NCBI GenBank assembly: GCA_045563015.1
Contig: JBJKUQ010000001.1
Span: 1-59,097, forward strand
Reading direction: 5' to 3'
Source: Alphaproteobacteria bacterium
GTDB lineage: Bacteria > Pseudomonadota > Alphaproteobacteria > Methylaequorales > Methylaequoraceae
DNA length: 59,097 nt
Below the pieces are notes generated by a model. It was not told the origin of the DNA, searched no databases, and saw only the letters and a list, made by a program, of their open reading frames with translations. The position numbers and the translations under genes are program-made. The first letter of the stretch is position 1, and every line of letters starts with the position of its first letter. Below are positions 1 through 10,875 of this stretch, piece after piece.

Positions 1-328
1 TAAAGTAGTCGCATACAATACCGTCGGAAATTTCTCCTTTAGATGTGAGGATAAGATTATCACCAATGATTTTTAGTTTAACATTGTCTTTTAGCAAACT
101 TTTTTTAATTATATGAGCTTTGTTTAGTTCCTTAGAGATTTTAAATGTAAAGAATGCACAATGAGAGCTAATGAAAACAAAAATTATTGAAATTAAACTT
201 GTTATGTAGCTCTTATCTGAGGATAGGATTTTATATATTAAACCTTGATCGTAAGCAAAGAAAATGAAAAAAAAAATTACGTTGAACTGCAATAACCAAT
301 TTAGAAATAATTTATGTGATCTAGTCAT
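1..328 (-). CDS. Membrane protein, 5' part only (runs off window start); possibly MotA/TolQ/ExbB proton-channel family
   Basis: Manual translation from ATG at 328, overlapping the apt stop: MTRSHKLFLNWLLQFNVIFFFIFFAYDQGLIYKILSSDKSYITSLISIIFVFISSHCAFF..., open to base 1 with two hydrophobic segments. Family call is from resemblance only. Confidence 0.5.
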   Translation of the reverse strand, partial: MTRSHKLFLNWLLQFNVIFFFIFFAYDQGLIYKILSSDKSYITSLISIIFVFISSHCAFFTFKISKELNKAHIIKKSLLKDNVKLKIIGDNLILTSKGEISDGIVCDYF

Positions 329-835
329 ATTTTATAAGAGATTCAATTGGTAATTTAATTTTTTCTCTTCCTTTTAAGAAATTTAATTCAATAACTGAAG
401 TAAAGCATTTAACTTTTCCACCCGCTTTTTCTATTAGATCAATTGCTGCTTTAGCTGTTCCACCAGTCGCAAGGAGATCATCCACTAAAATAATTCTTTT
501 ATTATTAGCATCAACATTTATTTCTAAAGTATCATTACCGTACTCTAATTGATAATCATGAGAAATAGTTTTACCAGGTAGTTTATTTTTTTTCCTTATC
601 ATGACCATGCCTATATTTAATTTGTTTGCTATAGCTGATCCAAATATGAAGCCTCTTGCGTCGATAGCTGCAATAGTATCAAAATCATAATTATCTAGTA
701 AACTGCATAATTTTTTTACAGTTTCTGAGAAAGCCTTTCCGTTTATAAGCAACGAGGAAATATCGTAATAAAGTATTCCTGGCTTTGGAAATCAGGTACC
801 TTACCTATGTACGACTCAATTTCCTCAATATCCAT
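321..835 (-). CDS. apt: Adenine phosphoribosyltransferase (1-nt frameshift near 787-791)
   Basis: AIDARGFIFG and PRPP-binding ILVDDLLATGGT motifs. The upstream frame from ATG 835 reads MDIEEIESYIGKVPDF, and adding one base restores the canonical PDFPKPGILYYDIS. Confidence 0.92.
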
Positions 836-848
836 ATAATATTTAAAA

Positions 849-1241
849 TTATTTCAAGGTTTTGAGGTAGGCAAGTAAATCATTAATTTGATTTTCTTTT
901 CTTAATCCACCAAAAATCATTTTACTCTTTTTAACATCCTTACCAAAATAGGCTTTTTTAACTTTTTTGCTAGAAACCCATGCAGTTAAAGCTTCATCAT
1001 TCCATTCAATACCAGCCTCCTTGAGCCAATCTGAATATTTATAACCATCTTGAACACCAGCTTTGGAACCCATTATACCCCAGAGATTTGGACCAGTTTT
1101 GTGTTTAGCTCCGCTAGCAACATTATGACAGGCAGCGCATTTCTTAAAAACTTTTTTCCCCTTCTCAGCATCTCCAGCTAATACATTAATTGATATCATG
1201 CAAAAGGCCACTAAAGGTAGTACAAAATATTTTTTTAGCAT
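849..1241 (-). CDS. Cytochrome c2/c550-type class I cytochrome c
   Basis: Signal peptide, [17 protein letters not shown] heme motif (CxxCH), KTGPNLWG, distal Met in KSKMIF; GGAG SD upstream. Confidence 0.92.
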   Translation of the reverse strand: MLKKYFVLPLVAFCMISINVLAGDAEKGKKVFKKCAACHNVASGAKHKTGPNLWGIMGSKAGVQDGYKYSDWLKEAGIEWNDEALTAWVSSKKVKKAYFGKDVKKSKMIFGGLRKENQINDLLAYLKTLK

Positions 1242-1319
1242 TATCTAAACTCTCCATTTATTTTTATTTACAACTTTATAAGAATATATATATATATTTG
1301 AAAAACAACCAGAAAATCA

Positions 1320-1907
1320 ATGAATTCTTTTAACATCAATGAAAAAAAATTAATTAATAAAGGCTTTGCCTTAATTAAGGAAATAGGATGGAATAATTTT
1401 GATATAAAAACGTTATCTAAAAAAGAAAAAATATCTGAGGAAGAAATTAAATTTTTTTTTTCATGTAAGTATAGTCTAATTGAAAGATTCACAAAAATGA
1501 TAGATTCTGAAGTTGAATCTAATCTGTCATTTGATGAGATGAGAGAGTCATCTGTAAAAGATAATCTATTTGAAGTGATAATGTTAAGGTTTGATGTAAT
1601 GGAACCATATAAAATTGCATTGTCTAAATTGATTAAAAGTGCAAAAAAAAACCCTGCTTTATTTTCAGTAATTTCAAAAAACGTTATTAACTCTATGGAT
1701 TTTTATCTTGAAATTTCTAATTCTTACAAAGGGTTAACAATAGATTTGTTTAAAAAAAACTTTCTGTTTATAATTTATTCATATACTTTTAAAATTTGGT
1801 TAGAAGATAATTCAGACGATTTATCAAAAACAATGGCTGCGTTAGATAAATCTCTTTCCATTGCAGATAATTTGCAGGAAAAAGCTAAAGAGTTTTTACC
1901 AATTTAG
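1320..1907 (+). CDS. TetR/AcrR-fold protein (COQ9-like)
   Basis: N-terminal HTH-like segment (GWNNFDIKTLSKKEKIS) and C-terminal WLEDNSDDLSKTMAALDKSL, resembling alphaproteobacterial TetR/COQ9-like proteins. Confidence 0.6.
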   Translation: MNSFNINEKKLINKGFALIKEIGWNNFDIKTLSKKEKISEEEIKFFFSCKYSLIERFTKMIDSEVESNLSFDEMRESSVKDNLFEVIMLRFDVMEPYKIALSKLIKSAKKNPALFSVISKNVINSMDFYLEISNSYKGLTIDLFKKNFLFIIYSYTFKIWLEDNSDDLSKTMAALDKSLSIADNLQEKAKEFLPI

Positions 1908-3216
1908 CCTTTGACAAAGCCTTTTTTTGAGAGTTTTCTAATTTTTTCTTATTAAAACCATCAATTAGTTCGTTGAAAACTTTGAACCAATTTAATTCGG
2001 CATCAAGGTGAAGAAAGACAGAACCTAAGCCAATCGCAGCTCTGTCCATAAAAACAAACTCTCTTGGAGGCTTAACTCCACCAATTTTTTTTAATTCTTT
2101 ATGAACTTTGTTAGCGGCCTCTGCTCCGTAAGCAGTTGAATTTGTTTCCTCCATTTTCCTAACTTTGTTTTCAAGAAGTGGAGAATATAAAAATTTGGCC
2201 CAAATATTTAATATATTTATTAATTCTTTACTAATGTTCTCAAAGCCCCAACTTTCATATGCTTTTACAGCAAGTTCTTCATCACTTTTCATGATTGCAT
2301 GATATAAGTCTATAACTCCTTCCACGAAAGATGGTTTAAAAACTCTTATACAACCAAAATCTAATAGGTTTATTTGAAGTTTATTATTTGCAGAATAATT
2401 TCCCAAATGAGGGTCCCCATGGATAACTCCATATTTATAAAAAGGGTAGTACCAAGCGTGAAACATGTTAATAGCGAGTTCTTTTCTTTCTACTTTTGAT
2501 TTATTTTTAAATTCAAGAAGTTTTTTACCATCAAGAAAGCTCATACATAATAATCTCTCTGTTGAGATTTCTTGAAAAATATTAGGAACTAAAATATTTT
2601 TTTTTTCTTTAAAAATGTATTTAAAAAGTTGTATGTGTTTTTGCTCTAAAAGATAGTCAAGTTCTTCTCTAACCCTTGAAGAAATTTCTTTTTGAATTTC
2701 AGAGGTATCAATAGTTTTATCAATTTTTTTGTAAATTGAAAAAAGAAGTTTAAGCTGATTTATATCAGCTTCAACAATTGAAAGCATGTCTGGATATTGT
2801 AATTTGCAGACAATTTTATTTTTATTAAAACTAGCTTTGTGAACTTGTCCCAAAGATGCTGCTGCGAATGGCTCTTTATCAAAAAAGTCAAAGATTTCTA
2901 ACCACTCTAAACCAAGTTCCTTCCTCATTCTTCGTTTCACAAAATTCCATCCCATCGGTGGAGCGCTAGATTGAAGTTTTGCAAGTTCATTTGAGTATTC
3001 TTTTGGTAATAAGTCAGGAACAGTTGATAATAACTGTGCTATTTTCATTATAGGACCTTTTAGATTTCCTAATATTTTTGAAAGATCCTCAGCGTTTTTA
3101 TTGTCCTCAGAGCTAAAAAACTTTGAGCTTAAAAGATTTAGTGCTATTGAACCAGCTGATGTTCCAAGATTAGTGTACCTTTTGAATCTTTTTGAGAATT
3201 TATTTAATTCATCCAT
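1885..3216 (-). CDS. ABC1/AarF/UbiB family atypical kinase (COQ8-like)
   Basis: KIAQLLS, LQSSAPPM, PFAAASLGQVHKA, KLQYP, HGDPHLGNY and LLDFGC motifs. Confidence 0.92.
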   Translation of the reverse strand: MDELNKFSKRFKRYTNLGTSAGSIALNLLSSKFFSSEDNKNAEDLSKILGNLKGPIMKIAQLLSTVPDLLPKEYSNELAKLQSSAPPMGWNFVKRRMRKELGLEWLEIFDFFDKEPFAAASLGQVHKASFNKNKIVCKLQYPDMLSIVEADINQLKLLFSIYKKIDKTIDTSEIQKEISSRVREELDYLLEQKHIQLFKYIFKEKKNILVPNIFQEISTERLLCMSFLDGKKLLEFKNKSKVERKELAINMFHAWYYPFYKYGVIHGDPHLGNYSANNKLQINLLDFGCIRVFKPSFVEGVIDLYHAIMKSDEELAVKAYESWGFENISKELINILNIWAKFLYSPLLENKVRKMEETNSTAYGAEAANKVHKELKKIGGVKPPREFVFMDRAAIGLGSVFLHLDAELNWFKVFNELIDGFNKKKLENSQKKALSKAKLVKTL

Positions 3217-3246
3217 AAATGATAAATTAATGTAAATTTTGAAAAT

Positions 3247-3393
3247 TTAAATTAAAATTAAAAGAATTATAAAAATTAAGGAAAAAATTAAATAGTTTTT
3301 AACTACAAACTCTAGAATTTTAACTTTCAGATAATCATTTTTAGCTTTAACATTAATTTTTTGCATAACCTTTATTTGCAAAAAATATTCCAT
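3247..3393 (-). CDS. Small hypothetical membrane protein, 48 aa (not in ORF track)
   Basis: ATG 1 nt after the ispB stop; MEYFLQIKVMQKINVKAKNDYLKVKILEFVVKNYLIFSLIFIILLILI* with a hydrophobic C-terminus. Confidence 0.35.
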   Translation of the reverse strand: MEYFLQIKVMQKINVKAKNDYLKVKILEFVVKNYLIFSLIFIILLILI

Positions 3394-3394
3394 G

Positions 3395-4405
3395 TTAACT
3401 TTTTCTTAAAACAAGAAAATCAACTAGTTCAATCAATTTGTCTTTAGCTTGATTTTTTGAAAAACTACCTAGGGAGTCTTTAGCCATAGTGGAAAAATAT
3501 TTTACTTTTCTAATGCAGTCTTTTAAAACATCATAGTGATTCATTTTTTGAATTACCCATGATAGATCAGATTTGGTTATTTTTTCCTTGTTAATTAGGT
3601 GCTCTAGAAAGTTTTTTTCTTTCTTATTACTTCTTTTGTATGCAAGAATAAGTGGCAATGTTATTTTGTTTTCAATAAAATCATTACCTAGCTCCTTTCC
3701 TAGTTTTTTTTCTTCAGAAAAATAATCTAAAGTATCATCAACTATTTGATATGCTATTCCTAAAAACATTCCGAAATCTTTTAATGATTTTTTTTGTTCT
3801 TCTTTTATCTCACTAATCTCACTCGCCATTTGACAGGCTGCAGAAAATAATTCAGCAGTTTTATAACTTATTGTTTCAAGATAATCTGATTCACTTAATT
3901 TAAGATTGCCCACTGATATTAATTGTTTTACTTCACCAAAAGCAATTTTTTCAGATACTTTAGAAATTATGTCAATACATTTTAACGAACCGTCGTTTAC
4001 TAAAACTCTGAATGCTTTGCTAAGAAAAAAATCTCCAACTAAAATACTTGATTTATTATCCCATACAAAATTAGCAGTTTTCTTTCCTCTTCTTTTTTTA
4101 CTGTTATCTATTACATCATCATGTAACAAAGTTGCTGTATGAATAAACTCAATTACTGCTGCTAGACCTATATGCCTATTACCTGAATAATTGCACAGAC
4201 GAGTTACACCTAGAGTTATTAATGGTCTAATCCTCTTTCCTCCAGAACTGATGATGTAATTGGACATTTCTGAGATCAAAGGAGAATTATTGCTTAGATT
4301 ATCCAATATTACTTTGTTCACACTATTAAGGTCATCTTGAAGCCATTCCATGAAGTATTTAAAAGTGTTACTGCTGTTATATTTATTTAAGCTTATAATT
4401 TTCAT
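3395..4405 (-). CDS. ispB: Trans-polyprenyl diphosphate synthase (octa/decaprenyl-PP synthase)
   Basis: GGKRIRP, FARM LLHDDVID..RRG and SARM QIVDDTLD motifs. Exact start uncertain. Confidence 0.88.
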   Translation of the reverse strand: MKIISLNKYNSSNTFKYFMEWLQDDLNSVNKVILDNLSNNSPLISEMSNYIISSGGKRIRPLITLGVTRLCNYSGNRHIGLAAVIEFIHTATLLHDDVIDNSKKRRGKKTANFVWDNKSSILVGDFFLSKAFRVLVNDGSLKCIDIISKVSEKIAFGEVKQLISVGNLKLSESDYLETISYKTAELFSAACQMASEISEIKEEQKKSLKDFGMFLGIAYQIVDDTLDYFSEEKKLGKELGNDFIENKITLPLILAYKRSNKKEKNFLEHLINKEKITKSDLSWVIQKMNHYDVLKDCIRKVKYFSTMAKDSLGSFSKNQAKDKLIELVDFLVLRKS

Positions 4406-4506
4406 AGAATTTATATTATTATTTAAAAATTCATTAATTTTAGGTTGATATTTATATTAATATAGTGTTTTAAAAAAAATATTGTAGAAAGAGATTATTA
4501 TTTAAT

Positions 4507-5355
4507 ATGTTAACATTTCAAGAGATAATTATTAAGCTTCAGAATTATTGGTTAAATAATGGTTGTTTGTTGATACAACCTTATGATTTAGAAATGGGTG
4601 CAGCAACCTTTCACCCCAGTACGGCTTTGAGATCATTGGGGAAAAAAGAATGGAATGCTGTTTTTATCCAGCCTTGTCGGAGGCCTGCAGATGGGAGGTT
4701 TGGAAATAACCCAAACAGACTTCAGCATTATTATCAACTTCAAGTCATCATAAAGCCTAGCCCAGAAAATTCTCAAGAATTGTATCTTAATAGTTTAAAG
4801 ACAATTGAAATTAATCCAGAGTATAACGACATCAAATTTATTGAAGATAATTGGGAAAGTCCTACTCTAGGTGCTGCAGGACTTGGTTGGGAGGTTCAAT
4901 GTAATGGTATGGAAATAAGTCAATTTACGTATTTTCAACAAATTGGTGGTATTGATTGTAAACCTGTGAGTTTGGAACTCACTTACGGTATTGAGAGATT
5001 AGCAATGTTTGTGCAAAACATAGATAATGTTTTTGATATTATTTGGGATAAGACTGGAGTAAAGTACGAGGATATTTTTAAAAAAAATGAAGAAGAAATG
5101 TCTGCTTATAATTTTCTCTATGCTGATAAAGAATATTTATTGAACTCATTTAATAGTATTGAGAGAAGTTGTGAAAAACTTCTTGATGATAAGTTTGCAA
5201 TTCCTGCGTATGAATTATGTATTAAGGCGAGCCATTTTTTTAATTTACTTGATGCTAGGTCATTTATTTCAGTTACTGAAAGACAATCATATATTTTAAG
5301 AATAAGAACCTTAGTCCAAAAATGTTGCAAGTTAGTTGTTGAAAATAATGACTGA
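4507..5355 (+). CDS. glyQ: Glycine--tRNA ligase alpha subunit
   Basis: [61 protein letters not shown]. Confidence 0.98.
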   Translation: MLTFQEIIIKLQNYWLNNGCLLIQPYDLEMGAATFHPSTALRSLGKKEWNAVFIQPCRRPADGRFGNNPNRLQHYYQLQVIIKPSPENSQELYLNSLKTIEINPEYNDIKFIEDNWESPTLGAAGLGWEVQCNGMEISQFTYFQQIGGIDCKPVSLELTYGIERLAMFVQNIDNVFDIIWDKTGVKYEDIFKKNEEEMSAYNFLYADKEYLLNSFNSIERSCEKLLDDKFAIPAYELCIKASHFFNLLDARSFISVTERQSYILRIRTLVQKCCKLVVENND

Positions 5356-7378
5356 TTTTTTGCTAGAAATATACGGTGAAGAAATACCAAGTTCTTCTCA
5401 AATTTCCGCAGAGGATCAAATAAAAAATCTCTTTATTTTGATGCTTAAAAAGCATGAAATAAATTTTTCTAAATTAGAGACTTTTTCTACAGCTAGAAGA
5501 TTTGTAGTTTTTTTAAATGATTTGTCTAAAGTCAAAAAATTAGATGTAACAGAGATAAGAGGACCTAATACTTCTGCTCCTAAAGTTGCAATTGACGGTT
5601 TTATGAATAACAATCAAATTAATGATATAAAAAAACTCAAGAAAAAAAAAATTAATGAAAAAGAGTATTATTTCTTTTTAAAAAAAAACAAACAACTTTC
5701 AATTCAAAATATTTTTGAATACGAAACTCCTATTATACTGAGTTCTGTTAAATGGAAAAAATCTATGCGATGGTCCTTTAATGATGAAAAGTGGATAAGA
5801 CCAATAAGAAATATTTTATGTATTCTTGGAAGTAAGAAGGTTAAATTTTGTTATGCTGGTGTAACTTCTAGTCTAAATACTTATGGAAACTATAATTATT
5901 CATCAAGAAAAATAAAATGTTCTAATGTTGATTCTTTTAAGAAAAATATAAAAAAAGAATTTGTAATTTTAGATAGAGAAGAAAGAAAAAAAAAAATTTT
6001 AAAATCACTGGAGAGTTTTTGCCAAAAAAATCAACTAAGAACAGAATTTGATAGTGATTTATTAACAAGAATATGTAATTCTGTTGAATGGCCTAATGTT
6101 TTCTTTGCAGAATATGAAAAAGATTTTTTTAAAATCCCTGACTTTCTTTTAGAAACGATAATAACAGAAAAGCAAGATAATTTTTGTTTTTATAAAAAAG
6201 ATGGAACTCTTAGTAGTTTCTTTGCTTTTGTATCAAACAAGGATCATTCAAAAAAAAAAAACTTAATTAATGGTAATCAAAATGTTCTAAAGGCAAGGTT
6301 TAATGATGCAAAATTTTTTATAGATGAAGATAAAAAGATAAGTCTTTCAGAAAGATTAAAAAAGTTATCTTCGATAATTTTTTATGACAACCTTGGTAAC
6401 CTTTATGATAGATCCAAAAGAATAGTTGAGTTGTCTGAAACAATTTCAAAGTTTCTTGGTTTCAATATTGAAAAATTCAAGGAACATTTAATTTACTCCA
6501 ATTTCGATTTAACAACAGAAATAGTCAAAGAATACCCAACACTTCAAGGAAAAGCTGGTGCCTTTTATTCTGAAAGCTTTGATTTTAATTTTGAAATTTG
6601 TAGAGCTTTCTCTGAACAATATAAGGTAATTTTGAAAAAAAAAAATGTTGATTTGTCAGTAATATTATCAATATCTCAAAAACTTGATAGTATATTTGCC
6701 TTTTTTTCATCGAAAAAAAAAGTTACAGGATCTGGAGATCCATTTGGTATAAGGCGAATGGTCATTTCTATTATTAGAATTTTAGTTGATAATAATTTTA
6801 GCTTAGATTTAGTTTTATTACTGAAAAAATGTCAGCAAATTTACAATAATCAAGGTATTAATTTTATAAATGACGTTTCTACGATTAAGGATTTTTTTGA
6901 TAAAAGATTTGAGAATTACTTGACAGAAAATGGTTTTCAAATTGAAGTCATTAAACCATGCTTGAGTAATGATTCATTTAATCCTTATGAGATTTATAAA
7001 AAAGTAATTGCTATTAATAACTTTCTAAACACAAATTTAGGTAAAGACTTTATGCAAGCCTTTAAGAGATTAGATTCAATCGTAGATGAAAAAAATCCCG
7101 TTAAAAATATAAATCAGCAGCTTTTAGCTTCTAACGAGGAAAAGAATCTTTTTAAAGTTATTGTTGAAATGAGAGAGTTTGTTGAAGAAAATAAATTTGA
7201 TCTCAACAATAAAATTTTTGTTAAAATAAAAGATAGTATTAACAAATTTCTTGATAACATTATGGTAAATGTTGATAGAGATGATGTTAAAAATAATAGA
7301 AAAGCTCTTTTATTAAAGTCAAAGGAAATAATCGATTCATTTTTCAAATTTTCTCAAATTGGAGATAATGCAAAATAA
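5348..7378 (+). CDS. glyS: Glycine--tRNA ligase beta subunit
   Basis: [14 protein letters not shown] start (ATG 5348), [30 protein letters not shown]; follows glyQ. Confidence 0.96.
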   Translation: MTDFLLEIYGEEIPSSSQISAEDQIKNLFILMLKKHEINFSKLETFSTARRFVVFLNDLSKVKKLDVTEIRGPNTSAPKVAIDGFMNNNQINDIKKLKKKKINEKEYYFFLKKNKQLSIQNIFEYETPIILSSVKWKKSMRWSFNDEKWIRPIRNILCILGSKKVKFCYAGVTSSLNTYGNYNYSSRKIKCSNVDSFKKNIKKEFVILDREERKKKILKSLESFCQKNQLRTEFDSDLLTRICNSVEWPNVFFAEYEKDFFKIPDFLLETIITEKQDNFCFYKKDGTLSSFFAFVSNKDHSKKKNLINGNQNVLKARFNDAKFFIDEDKKISLSERLKKLSSIIFYDNLGNLYDRSKRIVELSETISKFLGFNIEKFKEHLIYSNFDLTTEIVKEYPTLQGKAGAFYSESFDFNFEICRAFSEQYKVILKKKNVDLSVILSISQKLDSIFAFFSSKKKVTGSGDPFGIRRMVISIIRILVDNNFSLDLVLLLKKCQQIYNNQGINFINDVSTIKDFFDKRFENYLTENGFQIEVIKPCLSNDSFNPYEIYKKVIAINNFLNTNLGKDFMQAFKRLDSIVDEKNPVKNINQQLLASNEEKNLFKVIVEMREFVEENKFDLNNKIFVKIKDSINKFLDNIMVNVDRDDVKNNRKALLLKSKEIIDSFFKFSQIGDNAK

Positions 7379-8267
7379 ACTAAAAAAAAAAATTAAGTTA
7401 TCTAAGATTCTTGAGAAAGTTGAAGTTGATAGAGAGTCTCAGGAAACAATAGAACTTCTTGATAAATATCATTCAAATCCAAAGGCACATGTAATTGGAA
7501 TAACAGGTCCACCAGGTGTTGGAAAATCTTCCTTAATAGATAAGTTGATTTTTAATTGTAGACAAAAAAATAAAACTGTTGGTGTAATTGCAATTGACCC
7601 ATCATCAAAAAGGTCTGGGGGTGCGTTGCTTGGTGATAGAACAAGGTTCGCAATAGATCCAAGCGATGATGGAATATTTGTTAGATCTATGGCATCAAAA
7701 AATTATTTAGGGGGTGTGTCAGAACTCACCTTTCCAACAATGTCAATTATGAGATCAAGCTTTGATTACTTAATTATTGAGACAGTTGGTGTAGGACAAT
7801 CTGAGACTAATATAAAAGATATTGTGGATAGTGTAGTTTTATGCGTACAACCTGGAAGTGGAGACTCAATCCAATTTATGAAATCTGGAATTTTTGAAAT
7901 ACCAGATATTATTGTGATAACAAAATCTGATATTGAGAAACTTTCTAATCAAACATTTTCAGATTTATCTGGCAGCAGCAGTTTTTTTAGAAGTGTTAAT
8001 GAATGGGATATAAAGATAATTTTAACATCTGCGCAAAATAATATTGGAATAAAAAAGCTTTATAGAGAAATTAATGAAAGGTGGGTTTGGTTAAATAAAT
8101 TAAATAAATTAAAACATTATCGTTCGAAGCAAGATCTTGAGTGGATAAAAAGATGTGTTATTAATGAATTTGGTTTGCATGGTTTTAATAAAAATATTAA
8201 AAAAATTAATTACTTAAAAAATCCTTTTTCAACCATTAAATTAATAAAAAAAAAAATTAATTACTAA
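7368..8267 (+). CDS. meaB: MeaB/ArgK family G3E GTPase (methylmalonyl-CoA mutase-associated)
   Basis: GITGPPGVGKSS Walker A, IAIDPSSKRSGGALLGDRTR, IETVGVGQSE, GDSIQFMKSGIFEIPD; GGAG SD before ATG 7368. Confidence 0.88.
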   Translation: MQNKLKKKIKLSKILEKVEVDRESQETIELLDKYHSNPKAHVIGITGPPGVGKSSLIDKLIFNCRQKNKTVGVIAIDPSSKRSGGALLGDRTRFAIDPSDDGIFVRSMASKNYLGGVSELTFPTMSIMRSSFDYLIIETVGVGQSETNIKDIVDSVVLCVQPGSGDSIQFMKSGIFEIPDIIVITKSDIEKLSNQTFSDLSGSSSFFRSVNEWDIKIILTSAQNNIGIKKLYREINERWVWLNKLNKLKHYRSKQDLEWIKRCVINEFGLHGFNKNIKKINYLKNPFSTIKLIKKKINY

Positions 8268-9121
8268 TTTTTTTTAGCCCACCACGGTTCATCAATCGTT
8301 AACCTTGAATCACCTGAATTAATTATGTTGGGACCTTTGTTATCTAAAAAATCCGTTTTTATATATGCCAATCCATATTTTTTTGTATGACTGAATAGTT
8401 CTCCAACAATTTTATCGTTTGATATTAAATCCTTTTTAATATTTGTTTTATAGTCAATGATAACTTTATAGATTTTTTTTTTTACAATTTTCCTGTGTTT
8501 CATTCTAGCAGTTATTTCCTGACCAAGATAACATCCTTTAGTCCATGATATACCATTAAGTTGATCAAAGCGCATTTCTAATAGCAATGATTTTTCAATA
8601 ATTGAATCAAGTGTAAAGTCAGGAATGGAATATTTAATCCTTAATTCATTATATTTTTTAATAGAAAGCTCTTGAAGATTTTTTTTGAGTAAATTAATTT
8701 TATCTTTTTCAACATATGACCTGAAAAAAAAGTTTTTAAATCTAGGGTCATAAAAACTCAATGAAGCTTTAGCTAGACTGTTAGTATTTTCAATTTTACT
8801 CTTAGTTAAGACAATTTTAAAATTTTCGTTATTTGTTATTGTTACATCAGACCTGAGTTTAAATAATGTAAGTCTTTTTACTAAGTCTTGGATATTTTGT
8901 TTGTTTGTTTCAAGGATAAATTTATTATCATAATTAGATAAGAAAAAATCATAAAGAAATTTTCCTTGTGGTGTAAGTATAGATGAATAAAGAGATGGTT
9001 TTTTTTTTAGGATTTCTATATCATTTGAAATTATTCCTTGAATAAACTTAAATCTATCTAAACCTTCTATGTTAATTAAACCAAAGTCTTCGCAAATAAA
9101 AAATTCATTTTCTTGAAACAT
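8264..9121 (-). CDS. ygfZ: Folate-binding Fe-S/tRNA-modification protein YgfZ/IBA57
   Basis: LTPQGKFLYDFFL and signature KGCYLGQEITARM. Confidence 0.92.
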   Translation of the reverse strand: MFQENEFFICEDFGLINIEGLDRFKFIQGIISNDIEILKKKPSLYSSILTPQGKFLYDFFLSNYDNKFILETNKQNIQDLVKRLTLFKLRSDVTITNNENFKIVLTKSKIENTNSLAKASLSFYDPRFKNFFFRSYVEKDKINLLKKNLQELSIKKYNELRIKYSIPDFTLDSIIEKSLLLEMRFDQLNGISWTKGCYLGQEITARMKHRKIVKKKIYKVIIDYKTNIKKDLISNDKIVGELFSHTKKYGLAYIKTDFLDNKGPNIINSGDSRLTIDEPWWAKKN

Positions 9122-9166
9122 GTTAATAAAGATATTAGTTTTTTTAATTTTAACAACAAAGAATAA

Positions 9167-10123
9167 ATGAAAAAGATTTTAATAATTTCGTCTAATAGAC
9201 TTGGTGATTGTATTCTATCTTCAGGATTAAATAAGTTTTTTAAAGAAAAATATAATAATGTAGAACTTACTTTTGTTTGTGGTGAAGTTCCCTCTCAGCT
9301 TTTTCGATATTGTAATAATATTGATAAATTAATAATTTTAGAAAAAAAAAAATATTCTCTACATTGGTTTAAACTCTGGAAGATAGTTTTTTTTAATTTC
9401 TGGGACATTGTTATTGACTTGCGAGGTTCTCTTTTGAGTTACACTCTTGTTTGTAAACAGAGAAAAATATTTGTTTCAAAAAAAGATAAAGTTGAGCATA
9501 AAGTAACTACAATTTCCAAATTAGTTACCAATATAAATTTGCGACCAAACATTAACCTTAGTTTTGAGACATTAAAAAAGAGCAAATACATTTCAATGGT
9601 AAATAAGTTAAAAAAAAAAATAGTAATAGTAGCACCTGGTGCTAATTGGATAGGTAAAGTTTGGCCAGCAAAAAGATACTGCACCATGCTAAAAAAACTA
9701 TCAAAGGTTAGAAAATTTTCAGATACACTTTTTGTTGTTGTCGGTCCTGAAGAAGAAAAAGAGATAATGAACGATTTATTAAATGATAGCTCATTAGATA
9801 TTCTAAATCTTGTTGGAAAGCTTAGTTTAGTTGAGATTTTTTTAATTATGAAAAATGCAAAATTATTTATCGGAAACGATTCTGGTTTGATGCATTTAGC
9901 AGCATTGTCTAATGTGCCGACCGTAGGTATCTTCGGACCAAGTGATCCAAAAAAATATAGCCCTTGGGGTAAAGAAACATTTGTGATAAAAAGTCCAAAA
10001 ACTCCAGATGAATTAATGGGCTATAAGGGTTTTAATTCTAAAAAAGTTGATTCATTAATGTTAGACCTTAGTGTAAAGTTTGTTTACGAAAAAATACTAA
10101 GTTTTTATAAAAAATTAAAATGA
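9167..10123 (+). CDS. Glycosyltransferase family 9 (LPS heptosyltransferase-like)
   Basis: NRLGDCILS, IDLRGS, APGANWIGKVWP, FIGNDSGLMHLAA, TVGIFGPS. Confidence 0.9.
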   Translation: MKKILIISSNRLGDCILSSGLNKFFKEKYNNVELTFVCGEVPSQLFRYCNNIDKLIILEKKKYSLHWFKLWKIVFFNFWDIVIDLRGSLLSYTLVCKQRKIFVSKKDKVEHKVTTISKLVTNINLRPNINLSFETLKKSKYISMVNKLKKKIVIVAPGANWIGKVWPAKRYCTMLKKLSKVRKFSDTLFVVVGPEEEKEIMNDLLNDSSLDILNLVGKLSLVEIFLIMKNAKLFIGNDSGLMHLAALSNVPTVGIFGPSDPKKYSPWGKETFVIKSPKTPDELMGYKGFNSKKVDSLMLDLSVKFVYEKILSFYKKLK

Positions 10124-10875
10124 TTAATTTGTCTGTTTTAATAATAGTTCATAATGAAGAAAAACAATTAAAAGATTGTTTGGATACAGTTTCATTTGCG
10201 GATGAATTGGTAATTGTATTAGATAAATGTTCTGATCGGTCAAAACAAATTTCAAAGAAATTTACAAAAAAAATTTATTCAGGTTCTTGGGATATTGAAG
10301 GTAGAAGAAGAAATTTTGGCTTAAAAAAATGTCATGGCAAATGGATATTAGAAATAGATGCAGATGAGAGAGTTTCTATAAAAATGAAGAATGAAATTAT
10401 TCAAACAATCAAACAAAGTAATAGTGATTGGCATTTAATTAATGTAGATAATTTTTTTGGAAATAGATTAATTAGATACGGTTGGGGAGCTTATATTGGT
10501 AAATCTTCATATGCAGGACTTTTTAAAAAAAATACCAAAAAATGGGGGAATCAAAGAGTTCATCCTAAAATTGTTCTTAAAGGAAAACAGGGACCTTCTT
10601 TAAAAAATAATTTAAAACATTTTTATTGTAAATCAGTCTCTGATCTTTTTTGTAAACTTGATAGCTATAGTAGTGCAAGAGCAAAAGATTTAAATGAAAT
10701 GAATTCTAGTGAAACTTTATTTAGGAATGTAAGAAGAATATTTTCAAGATTTTGGAAATCATTTATCTTGAGAAAAGGTTTTAAAGAAAAAAGAATAGGT
10801 TTTTTAATTGCTACGGTAGCAGGACTTTATCCTTTGATTTCATTCCTGAAATATAAAATAGAAATAAAAAAATGA
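10120..10875 (+). CDS. Glycosyltransferase family 2 (WaaE/KdtX-like LPS core)
   Basis: IVHNEE, DKCSDRS, RRNFG, WILEIDADE, RVHP. Confidence 0.88.
   Translation: MINLSVLIIVHNEEKQLKDCLDTVSFADELVIVLDKCSDRSKQISKKFTKKIYSGSWDIEGRRRNFGLKKCHGKWILEIDADERVSIKMKNEIIQTIKQSNSDWHLINVDNFFGNRLIRYGWGAYIGKSSYAGLFKKNTKKWGNQRVHPKIVLKGKQGPSLKNNLKHFYCKSVSDLFCKLDSYSSARAKDLNEMNSSETLFRNVRRIFSRFWKSFILRKGFKEKRIGFLIATVAGLYPLISFLKYKIEIKK

Noticed and set aside
5630-5700. Long poly-A tracts (here and throughout) as phase-variation sites
   Set aside because: A8-A10 runs are everywhere in Lys-rich codons of this very AT-rich genome, including core genes.
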